Source of the DNA: an uncultured Gammaproteobacteria bacterium
GTDB lineage: Bacteria; Patescibacteriota; Patescibacteriia; UBA2591; UBA6264
Direction: 5' to 3'
DNA length: 64,000 nucleotides
Assembly: GCA_964596735.1 (NCBI GenBank)
Contig: CAZQVF010000002.1
Coordinates: 82,321 to 146,320 of the forward strand
Shown here: positions 1-8,800 of the stretch, in pieces
Numbering within the stretch: the first letter of the stretch is position 1
Layout: every line of letters begins with the position of its first letter
Position numbers and translations under genes: made by a program
Notes under the pieces: model-generated
The model's input: only the letters and a program-made list of their open reading frames with translations
What the model was told of the DNA's origin: nothing
Databases searched by the model: none

Positions 1-98
1 GTTTAGTGGTGTAATGCCCCAAGTGCATGCCTGCCTTAACTAATTCATCTGTAGAAGGCATTTTAACTTTATTAGATTTTGCTTGCTTTTTCAACATA
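1..98 (-). CDS. rpsB: 30S ribosomal protein S2, N-terminal fragment (gene continues upstream of window)
   Basis: Reverse-strand translation gives MLKKQAKSNKVKMPSTDELVKAGMHLGHYTTK. The motif (E)LVKAGMHLGH matches the conserved S2 N-terminus (LLEAGVHFGHQTR). The start is either ATG 96-98 or ATG 59-61. Confidence 0.6.
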
Positions 99-231
99 AA
101 CTTAAATAGATTAAAAATTAGACCTTAATGACACTAAGTATAACATAGATATAAAAAAGGTAAAGACTGGGTTGCTAAAAATTTTATTTTTGTTATATTA
201 TATCTACTCTTAAATTTCAAAAATATTTCTT

Positions 232-489
232 ATGGCTAAAAAAGATATTCATCCAAAATATTATCCAAAAGCAAAGGTCAAATGTGCCTGTGGCGCTGAA
301 TTAAAAGTGGGCTCAACTCAAAAGCTAACCGAAGTGGAAATTTGCTCAAATTGTCATCCTCTTTATACTGGTAAACAGAAATTTATTGATACGGCTGGAA
401 GACTAGAAAGATATGAAAAAATGGTGGCTAAATCTTCTGCTTTAAAAAAGAATATTAAGGATAAAACTAAAAAGAAAAAAACAAAATAA
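232..489 (+). CDS. rpmE: 50S ribosomal protein L31 with K-rich C-terminal tail
   Basis: MAKKDIHPKYYP...CxxC...CxxC...LYTGKQK is the L31 signature. The stop TAA is embedded in the repeat element ATAAGAACC. Confidence 0.9.
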   Translation: MAKKDIHPKYYPKAKVKCACGAELKVGSTQKLTEVEICSNCHPLYTGKQKFIDTAGRLERYEKMVAKSSALKKNIKDKTKKKKTK

Positions 490-545
490 GAACCTGCGTT
501 CGCAGAATCTTGAAATTAAATAACAATTTAATTATAAGTAAAACT
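486..545 (+). repeat. Conserved intergenic element, copy 1 (stop-overlapping palindrome AAGAACCTGC-N-GCAGAA + TTGAAATTAAAT + AATTTAATTATA)
   Basis: ataagaacctgcgttcgcagaatcttgaaattaaat... is recurrent in the window (see finding). It lies between rpmE and prfA. Confidence 0.7.
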
Positions 546-572
546 TGAAACTAAATATCAAGTTAATTAAAG

Positions 573-1616
573 ATGCAAGATCAAGCTGATCAATTTAAAG
601 AACAAGCTAAGGCTTTAGAGGATCAATTACAAGATCCTAATGTTTATAATAATCCAGAAAAGTTAAGAGAAATTTCTCAAAAATACAATCAATTAAAAGA
701 TTTAATAAGGGATTTTCGTCAATTACAGGAGATTAATCAGAAGATCTTTAACACGGAAAAACTTTTGAACGAAGAACCAAACGCTGATATGATTAATCTG
801 GCTAAAAAAGAGGTTAAACTACTAGAAAAAGACAAAAAAATACTAGAGAAGAAAATAAAAGAACAAACTAAGCCTCAAAGTAAAATTGATAAAAAAAATG
901 CTATTATTGAAATCAGAGCGGGTACGGGTGGTGGTGAAGCGGCCCTATTTGCCGCTGATTTATTTAGAATGTATTCTCGCTATGCTGAAAGAAAGGTCTG
1001 GGGAATTCATCTAATTTCTTCCCATCCCACAAGCATTGGCGGGTTTAAGGAGATAATCTTTGAAATTAGAGGACCAGGGGCTTATCAGGCTTTAAAAAAT
1101 GAAAGTGGAGTTCATCGCGTTCAACGTATTCCAGAAACAGAAAAAAGCGGCCGCCTTCATACCTCGGCTGCTTCAGTTGTTGTTCTCCCTGAAGCTGATC
1201 CTATTGATATAAATATAGATCCAGGTGACCTTAAAATTGATACTTTTCGTGCTTCAGGTCATGGTGGACAAAACGTTCAAAAAAATGAAACCGCCATTAG
1301 AATTACCCACCTGCCGACTGGTTTAGTTGTTTCTTGTCAGGACGAGAGAAGTCAAAAACAAAACAAAGAAAGAGCATTAACTGTTCTTCGCTCGCGTCTA
1401 CTCGTTATTGAAGAGGAAAAAAAACATAAAAACTTAAAAAGAAAAAGACAGTCCCATATTGGCACTGGTGATCGTTCAGAAAAAATCAGAACATATAATT
1501 TTCCTCAAGATCGGGTTACTGACCATCGAGTTAAAAAATCCTGGCACGATCTTAATCAAATTCTAAATGGTGGCTTAGAACGGATTATTAAATATCTGGT
1601 AACAAAAAATAATTAA
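573..1616 (+). CDS. prfA: Peptide chain release factor 1
   Basis: GGQ motif (SGHGGQNVQK) and RVQRIPETE (PxT-type anticodon motif), IRAGTGGGEAALFAADLFRMYSRYAE. Confidence 0.9.
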   Translation: MQDQADQFKEQAKALEDQLQDPNVYNNPEKLREISQKYNQLKDLIRDFRQLQEINQKIFNTEKLLNEEPNADMINLAKKEVKLLEKDKKILEKKIKEQTKPQSKIDKKNAIIEIRAGTGGGEAALFAADLFRMYSRYAERKVWGIHLISSHPTSIGGFKEIIFEIRGPGAYQALKNESGVHRVQRIPETEKSGRLHTSAASVVVLPEADPIDINIDPGDLKIDTFRASGHGGQNVQKNETAIRITHLPTGLVVSCQDERSQKQNKERALTVLRSRLLVIEEEKKHKNLKRKRQSHIGTGDRSEKIRTYNFPQDRVTDHRVKKSWHDLNQILNGGLERIIKYLVTKNN

Positions 1617-2662
1617 TAAAGGACTTGATGATTGTTAGAAACAATCTCTATCCAAATTGACCCGGGCAAAAACTCTATTTCCTCCCCCTGAGAATTATAA
1701 TATATAGTTCTTTTATTTTTTTCTAATTTTTGCCAAGTTCCCTGAGTTAAAACACCCTTTTGAAAAATAAGTGCCTCACCCTGACCTAAGGTGGTAATCT
1801 CTCTGCGGCCAATAGCATCTAAAATTTTAATATTTGTTTTTTGAATAATTAAATTGGGAGTTTGTACCTGTCTTCCTTTTTCATCAACAAATTCTTTTCC
1901 ATTTTGATAACGTAAATAAGCTTGTTTCTCTTTGTCAAATTGCCAAATAACTGGCTCTCGATAATCAATTTTAACAATTAAATTATTTGCTTGGACATCA
2001 ATTAAATCCATTTGCTTGTAGGGCCAAGGAATAAAATCTGACCTTAACTCATTGGTCAGTTTTTTCTTTTCTATTACCTTATTAATTGATTCTTTTGAAA
2101 TGTATATATTATGGGGTTTATCTCTTTGATTGTCTCGCCAAAAATATTTTCCATCACCGCTGATTTCATCTAAATTATATATTTGATATTCTCTATTTTT
2201 TACTTTTTGTAAAAAGTCAGGGCTGCCTCCAGCATGGACAAACAAGCCACTGTATTCTTCGGCCAACTCAGCAAGATAAGGACGCGCTGATCTAACTGGT
2301 CCTATTTTATCTGGTAAAAACTCTTGATTAAAAATCATTAAAAGGCGGGTAATATCTGCTTCCATTGGCGTCTCATAGACAATAGAGGCAAAATTCACCC
2401 CGGCTATGGGCCAAGATTCACTAAAATTATCCAAAACCAAAGCAATTGGCAATTGGGTCTCGGCTCCTTGTTTTAAAGAAACATCTATCTCTATTAATGG
2501 AGCTTTTTCCATTTGAACAACTGATTCATCTTTCTGAATATTTTCTAAGGTTTCTAAAACAGGTCTTTGTTCATTTTGTCCAAAAAATATTAGAATCCAG
2601 ATTAAAATAAAAAAAAGGCCTAAAGCTATTAGCCAAAAGGTTTTGGTTAACTTAAATAACAT
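1613..2662 (-). CDS. DUF3048 (YerB-like) domain secreted/lipoprotein
   Basis: N-terminal TM/signal, VLDN...IVYE...GITR...GPVRSARPY motifs typical of DUF3048. Start taken at the internal Met (MLFKLTK) to avoid a 112-nt overlap with rplY; the ORF-track start is 2779. Confidence 0.6.
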   Translation of the reverse strand: MLFKLTKTFWLIALGLFFILIWILIFFGQNEQRPVLETLENIQKDESVVQMEKAPLIEIDVSLKQGAETQLPIALVLDNFSESWPIAGVNFASIVYETPMEADITRLLMIFNQEFLPDKIGPVRSARPYLAELAEEYSGLFVHAGGSPDFLQKVKNREYQIYNLDEISGDGKYFWRDNQRDKPHNIYISKESINKVIEKKKLTNELRSDFIPWPYKQMDLIDVQANNLIVKIDYREPVIWQFDKEKQAYLRYQNGKEFVDEKGRQVQTPNLIIQKTNIKILDAIGRREITTLGQGEALIFQKGVLTQGTWQKLEKNKRTIYYNSQGEEIEFLPGSIWIEIVSNNHQVLY

Positions 2663-2666
2663 GGGC

Positions 2667-3335
2667 CTATTTTTTTGGTTGTTCTCGTTTGCCTTCTTCA
2701 GCTGGTTTTTCTTCTTCAGCTTCTTCTTCGGCTGGCTTTTCTTCTTCAACCTCTTCTTCGGCTGGCTTTTCTTCTTCAACCTCTTGCCTTGGCCTTTCTA
2801 CTTGAACAACCATTTCTTCTGCCTCATCTATAATTTTTACTTTTGAAGGCACATTTAAATCTTTAACTCTAATAATGTCCTCAAAGGTTTTTAAAACAGA
2901 TATATCAACTTCAATTTCATGAATTAAATCTTCTGTTAAACATTCTATTTCTACCTTATCTAGGTTATGAAATAAAACTCCGCCCAATTCTTTGACCGCT
3001 GGTGCTTCACCAATAAGTTTTAATCCTGTTTCTACTTTAATTTTTTGTCCTTCCTTAATTTTATAAAAATCAATGTGTTGAAAATTGTCTTTCAAGGGGT
3101 GACGTTGCAAGTCGTGAATTAAAACCTTGATTGGTTTACCTCCCTCAATCTCTAAATTAATTAAACTGCTTTCGCCAGCCTCTTTAAAAACTTTTTTAAA
3201 ATCCAAAGCTAAAACCTGAATAGACTTGGGTTTAAATCCATGACCATAAACAACAGCGGGGATCAATCCCTGTTCTTTTATTTTTTTTGTTTTTCTTCCC
3301 TTTAATTCTCTGAGTTGTGCTTTTAAACTTAACAT
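2667..3335 (-). CDS. rplY: 50S ribosomal protein L25 / general stress protein Ctc with acidic repetitive C-terminal tail
   Basis: N-terminal L25/Ctc domain (LKAQLRELKG...IPAVVYGHG). C-terminal (V)EEEKPAEEE x3 is encoded by 30-bp in-frame tandem repeats. Confidence 0.8.
   Translation of the reverse strand: MLSLKAQLRELKGRKTKKIKEQGLIPAVVYGHGFKPKSIQVLALDFKKVFKEAGESSLINLEIEGGKPIKVLIHDLQRHPLKDNFQHIDFYKIKEGQKIKVETGLKLIGEAPAVKELGGVLFHNLDKVEIECLTEDLIHEIEVDISVLKTFEDIIRVKDLNVPSKVKIIDEAEEMVVQVERPRQEVEEEKPAEEEVEEEKPAEEEAEEEKPAEEGKREQPKK
2697..2796. repeat. ~30-bp tandem repeat (x3) inside the rplY 3' end
   Basis: cttcttcggctggcttttcttcttcaacct repeated directly; encodes the EEKPAEEEVE units. Confidence 0.8.
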
Positions 3336-3392
3336 AAACTTTTGGTTTTAAAATTAAAATACCTTAACTTCTTAGTTCCGCCAAACAGGTTC

Positions 3393-4511
3393 TCATAATG
3401 ATATCATATCTTCATATTTTGTAAATGGTTGATGAGTGACTACACTCTCTACCAGGCCAATAGATATCAGGCTGATTAATAATGAGCTCCCTCCATAGCT
3501 AACAAAAGGTAGGGGCACCCCAACAACAGGAACCAGCCCAATATTCATGCCAATATTAATAAAGGCTTGGAAGAAAATAGAAAGGGTGGTTCCTAGAATT
3601 AAAATCAAACCAAAATTATCATAAACAGTCCGAGCCAATCTAATTAAACGATAAAAAAGACCGGCGTAAATACCCAAAAGAAGTAGACAGCCGATAAAAC
3701 CAAATTCTTCAGCTAAAACAGCAAAGATAAAATCTGTTTCTCCGGCTGGTAAAAACCTTAATTGCGATTGTGGGCCCAAACCAAAGCCCCTGCCGACAAC
3801 TTGACCTGAACCAACGGCCACAATTGACTGAGTAATTTGATAGCCGCGGTCTAAGGGATCTCCTTGTGGATTAATATAGGTTAAAATTCTGTCTTTTTGA
3901 TAATCTTGCAAAAAGAATAACCAAGATGAAGAGAATACCAGAATAAGAATGACTAACAAACTAATAAAATGTTTTTTATTCTTATCAACCAAAAAGAGGA
4001 TGCCAAACCAAAGAATAATAATCATTAGAGCCGAACCTAAATCTGGCTGACGAATAATCAAAAAGATTAAAGGCAAGATCAAGATAAAACTAATTAATAT
4101 GTGTTTAAGGCGGACTGGTAAACGAGCTTCTTGCCAGAATTTAGCTAATATAATAATGGCGGTCAATTTTGCTAACTCAGCTGGTTGAAAATTAAAAAAT
4201 CCAAGGCTTAACCATCCTTGAACTCCACGAAAAACCTGACCAAAGAATAGCACACCAATTAAAAGTAAAATTGTCAGAAGATAAATTATATAAGCAGAAG
4301 AGCGGACAAAACGAAAATCAGTTAAGAAAACAATTAAAAATAAAATAAGCCCAATCAGGGCAAAAATACATTGTTTAAAAAAATCACCAGTACTTTCTCC
4401 TTCAACAGCCAAAGACAAACTATACTGAATAACTAAACCAAAAACGATTAAAAGAACCGTTAAAATAAATAAAATTGCATCAAAGCGTTTTAATTGAACA
4501 AGATTAATCAT
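3393..4511 (-). CDS. ftsW: SEDS-family peptidoglycan glycosyltransferase (FtsW/RodA)
   Basis: Polytopic membrane protein with SEDS motifs (GFGLGPQSQLRFLPAGETDFIFAV, VPVVGVPLPFVSYGGSS). Confidence 0.85.
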   Translation of the reverse strand: MINLVQLKRFDAILFILTVLLIVFGLVIQYSLSLAVEGESTGDFFKQCIFALIGLILFLIVFLTDFRFVRSSAYIIYLLTILLLIGVLFFGQVFRGVQGWLSLGFFNFQPAELAKLTAIIILAKFWQEARLPVRLKHILISFILILPLIFLIIRQPDLGSALMIIILWFGILFLVDKNKKHFISLLVILILVFSSSWLFFLQDYQKDRILTYINPQGDPLDRGYQITQSIVAVGSGQVVGRGFGLGPQSQLRFLPAGETDFIFAVLAEEFGFIGCLLLLGIYAGLFYRLIRLARTVYDNFGLILILGTTLSIFFQAFINIGMNIGLVPVVGVPLPFVSYGGSSLLISLISIGLVESVVTHQPFTKYEDMISL

Positions 4512-4520
4512 TGGGTTGAT

Positions 4521-5405
4521 CTAATATGCTGGAATAAAAATTTCTGAATCAAAGGGATTAATATCAGGAACAATCTCAATATGACTATAAGAAGAGATTT
4601 TGGGCCAAATTAATTCTATTTGTCTTTGTTCATTGCCTTGCCAGTTTTTTACTGGAATAGTATTTATTCCGACAATCTTTGACTTCTGGTAAAGAATAAC
4701 TAATAAATTAACTTGCCAAAAACTATGAATTGATTCATTTTTTATTGAAAAAGAAACTTGTGGTAAGGCAATCATCTCTTCTTCAGAAATGGCATAACCT
4801 AATTCAATGTCTCCAAAGGTAAATTGTGATGGTATTTGAAGCAGTTGATCATTAGGGTCAATTCTTTTCCAGTCAACATTAGAAAGGATAAATTCTGCCT
4901 TGGTTAGTTTTCCACCCACTTCTTGTCCTAGGGCTGAAATATACTTTTCCGCTCCTGGTAAAATAAAGCCTTTTTGTATTTGTGTTTGTCCGTTTTCCCA
5001 GGAAAAATAATATTCAATTTCTTGGACAAACCATTCCTTGCTTGGATTTTTTACTTTGATAACAAAATCATATTTTGGTTCAGCTGAAGATAATCTAAGT
5101 AAAATAGGGTTTTCTAGGATTAGATTCTCGGGTTGAAAATGTTCATGCAATTTCAAATAGTCTATTTGTTCAGTAGTTAATTCTCTCAACCCTTGTTCAT
5201 GAGCCTCTTTTAAAGAAAAGTACTTGTATAATTGATAGCCGGCTATGCTCCAAACAACAATATTTAAAAGAATAACGACAATAAGCAAAAGGAGTTTAAG
5301 CTTTTTTTTATTGGCTAAATACCACTGGGCAAATCTAAGTTGTTTAGTGGTTAATTCTTCTGCCATAACGCCCCTTATTTTACCAAACATTATTTGAAGC
5401 GGCAA
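4521..5405 (-). CDS. Hypothetical N-terminally membrane-anchored protein
   Basis: Single predicted TM helix after a K-rich N-terminus; no recognisable catalytic motifs; directly downstream of ftsW. Confidence 0.5.
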   Translation of the reverse strand: MPLQIMFGKIRGVMAEELTTKQLRFAQWYLANKKKLKLLLLIVVILLNIVVWSIAGYQLYKYFSLKEAHEQGLRELTTEQIDYLKLHEHFQPENLILENPILLRLSSAEPKYDFVIKVKNPSKEWFVQEIEYYFSWENGQTQIQKGFILPGAEKYISALGQEVGGKLTKAEFILSNVDWKRIDPNDQLLQIPSQFTFGDIELGYAISEEEMIALPQVSFSIKNESIHSFWQVNLLVILYQKSKIVGINTIPVKNWQGNEQRQIELIWPKISSYSHIEIVPDINPFDSEIFIPAY

Positions 5406-5464
5406 GGGGTTGGCAGAATAAAATTATGTGCTAAAATTATATCTTAACCGATTAAATTAAAATT

Positions 5465-5535
5465 ATAAGAACCTGCATTTGCAGAACCTTGAAATTAAAT
5501 ATTATTTATTATAGATAATAAAGTAATTTAATTAT
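5465..5535 (+). repeat. Conserved intergenic element, copy 2 (promoter-like; ends at the ATG of the 5536 gene)
   Basis: ataagaacctgcatttgcagaaccTTGAAAttaaat-17nt-TAGATAAT...gtaatttaattatATG. Confidence 0.7.
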
Positions 5536-5829
5536 ATGACAACTCAAAACTTCTTTTATATCACCTCCTCTTCTGCCATTATTATCTTGTCTCTATTGTT
5601 TGTCGTCCTGATAATCTTGGGCATTGTTATTGCCGTAAGAATTGCCAAAACATTTAGAAACGTGTCTCAGGCCTCAGAACAAGTCAATAAAACAGCAAAA
5701 GAATTAAGAGAAAAACTAAGAGTCTCTGCCTTAATGGGAACTTTTATGGAAGGGTTAAAGGAAATTATTCTCTTGGTAAAAGAAAAACGGGAGAGAAATG
5801 AAGGAAAGAAAAAAAAGAAAAAAGATTAA
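5536..5829 (+). CDS. Small membrane protein with K-rich C-terminus
   Basis: One strong TM segment (IIILSLLFVVLIILGIVIAV); follows a promoter-like repeat. Confidence 0.5.
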   Translation: MTTQNFFYITSSSAIIILSLLFVVLIILGIVIAVRIAKTFRNVSQASEQVNKTAKELREKLRVSALMGTFMEGLKEIILLVKEKRERNEGKKKKKKD

Positions 5830-5891
5830 AAGACAGTTGTTTTTTTAGTTTTACTTAACCTTAGGTTATAATTTTTTATCCTTTTTTATTT

Positions 5892-8800
5892 ATGTTTACT
5901 CATCTTCATGTCCACAGTCATTACTCTTTGCTTGATGGTTTATCAAAAATTGATGGACTGATTGATCAAGCCAAAAAACATAAAATGAAATCCTTGGCCT
6001 TAACTGATCACGGCGTAATGTATGGCGTGATTGAATTTTATCAAAAAGCAAAAGAAGCCGGAATTAAACCAATTATTGGAGTTGAGGCATATGTGGCCAG
6101 ACATGGCCATTTAAATAAAAGGGTAAAAATAGATGAAAAACCTTATCACTTAATTCTTTTGGCCAAAGATGAACAAGGGTATAAAAATTTAGTTAAACTT
6201 ACCACTATTGCTCATTTAAAAGGTTTTTACTATAAACCCAGAATAGATTTTGAGCTTTTGAAAAAATATTCTCTTGGATTGATTTGTTTGAGTGCTTGCA
6301 TTCGAGGAGAAATTCCCCAATTAATTCTTGAAAAACAAAAAGACAAAGCTATTAAAAGAGCTTTGGAGTATCAAGAAATTTTTGGTGCAGAAAATTTTTA
6401 TTTAGAAGTTCAAGATCATCCAAAAAGCAAAGAGCAGACTTTAATTAACAAGGCTCTTTTTAATATTTCTAAAAAACATAACATTCCTGTGGTCGCTACC
6501 AATGATGTTCATTATGCTAAAAAAGAAGATGCAGAAATTCAAGATATTCTTCTTTGCTTGCAAACAAAAAGAAAACAACAAGATAAAGATAGAATGTGTT
6601 CTTTGGACTATGATCTTTCTCTCCAGCCTGAAGCAGAAATAAAAGAAGCCTTTAAAAACCATCCTGAAGTGATTACTAATACTCAAAAAATTGTTCAGGC
6701 CTGCAATCTAGAGATTGAATTAAAAAAGACCAAGCTCCCCTACTTTCCTTTACCAGAGGGGGAAACAGCTGATCAATATTTAAGAGAACTTTGTGAAGAA
6801 AAAATTAGTAATCGTTATCCAAGAAAAACCAAACAAGTTACTGATCGCCTTGATCATGAATTATCAATGATTGAAAAAACTGGATTTGCCTCTTATTTTT
6901 TAATTGTTCAGGACTTTGTTAACTGGGCTAAGGATAATAATATCGTGGTTGGACTAGGTCGCGGAAGCGTCGCCGGCTCAATTGTCTCTTATGCCCTAAA
7001 CATTACTGATATCGACCCTTTAAAATATGGGTTACTTTTTGAAAGATTTTTAACTGGTTCAAGAAATGAACCACCAGATATTGACTTGGATTTTGCAGAT
7101 ACGCGACGTGATGAGGTTATTCACTATGTTGAAGAAAAATATGGCCGAGATCATGTCGCCCAAATAATTACTTTTGGGACCATGGCGGCCCGAGCAGCGA
7201 TTAGAGATGTGGGACGAGTGCTTAATTATCCTTATACCTTTTGTGATAAATTAGCTAAAATGATTCCTTTTGGTAATACTTTGGAAAAAGCCTTAAAAGT
7301 CTCTGATGAGTTAAAAAACATTTATCAAACTAATGAAGATGCTCAAAAAATTATTGACGCAGCTAAAAAGTTAGAAGGAGTAGCTCGTCACGCATCAAAA
7401 CACGCCTGTGGTGTGGTAATTGCCCCTGAGGCTTTAAACCAATATGTTCCTACCCAATATGATGTCTCTGGCGGAGAAAAAACAATTATTACTCAATATG
7501 ACATGCACGCTGTTGAAGATATTGGTCTTTTAAAAGTGGATTTTTTGGGACTGAAAAACCTAACTATCATTGAAAGAACATTAAAATTAATAAAATACCG
7601 CTATGACAAAGATATTGATATAGCTCAAATACCCCTTGATGATGCAAAGACTTTTAAACTTTTACAAAAAGCAGAAACAACTGGGGTCTTTCAATTAGAA
7701 TGTCTAACTGGAGACACTGTTGTTTCTAACACAACGATAAAAAAATTATTTGAACAAAAAAATAAGAAAGTTTTAGAATCTGTTTATTTAGATGAAGGAA
7801 AAATACACAAGAATAAAATTAAAAATATTTTATACAAGGGCGAAAAAGAGGTTTATACATTAATTGCCAATAACAATCGTTATATAAAAACAACATTAAA
7901 CCATTATTTTTTAACGGAAAATGGCTGGAAAAAATTAAAAGACATAAAAATAGGAGACAAATTATTAATTAAAGAAAAGGCTAAACATTTAGTTTATAAT
8001 ATATGTAAAAATTGTGGCAAACAAATTAGTGGTAATCCCTTAAGAAAAAGTGTGTTTTGTTATCGCTGTTCAGCAGGTTTTTATAAAAATCCCTCTAAAC
8101 CGTCTTCTAGAAAAAAAATATCAAAATCAATAATTAATTTTTATCAAAAAGGGGGCAGGCCATGGAATTATGGAATAACCACCGAAAATAGCGAATTATG
8201 GAAACAAACCGCTAAAAAAATATCAAAAGCTCTTACAGGAAAAACGCTTGAAGACCGTTATGGCAAAGAAAAAGCAGAAAGAATAAAAAAAGAGATGTCA
8301 GAAAAATTCAAAGGAAAAAATAATCCAATGTTTGGAAAGCCGTCTCCTCATCGAAAGGGTGGATTTAGAAAAGATCTAGGGCATTATGTTCGTTCTGCCT
8401 GGGAAGCAGATTTTGCCAGAATTTTAAAATTGTATCACTATAAATATGAATATGAACCGATAACATTTGAATTAAAATTACCAAATAACGAAATCTACCA
8501 TTATACCCCTGATTTTTATGTTAAATCCAATAATACCTTTTATGAAGTTAAAGGATGGATGCACGATTTAGACGAAAAGAAAATAGAACTTTTCCAAAAA
8601 CAATACCCACAATACAATTTTGTATTAATTAATAAAACAAAATTTGCTGAATTCGCTCTACAATATAAAAATTTAATTAAATGGGAATGTCCTCGTATAC
8701 CTATTGAAAATAGCTTTAAATTCATAAAAGTCAAAAAAATATTCCCTTCTGGTAAAGAAAAAACTTATGATATTGTAATGGAATCTCCTGGGAATAATTT

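Noticed and set aside
2643-2846. Plus-strand 67-aa Phe-rich ORF
   Set aside because: It is antisense to the rplY acidic tandem repeat (GAA/GAG-rich codons read as TTC) and is an artefact.
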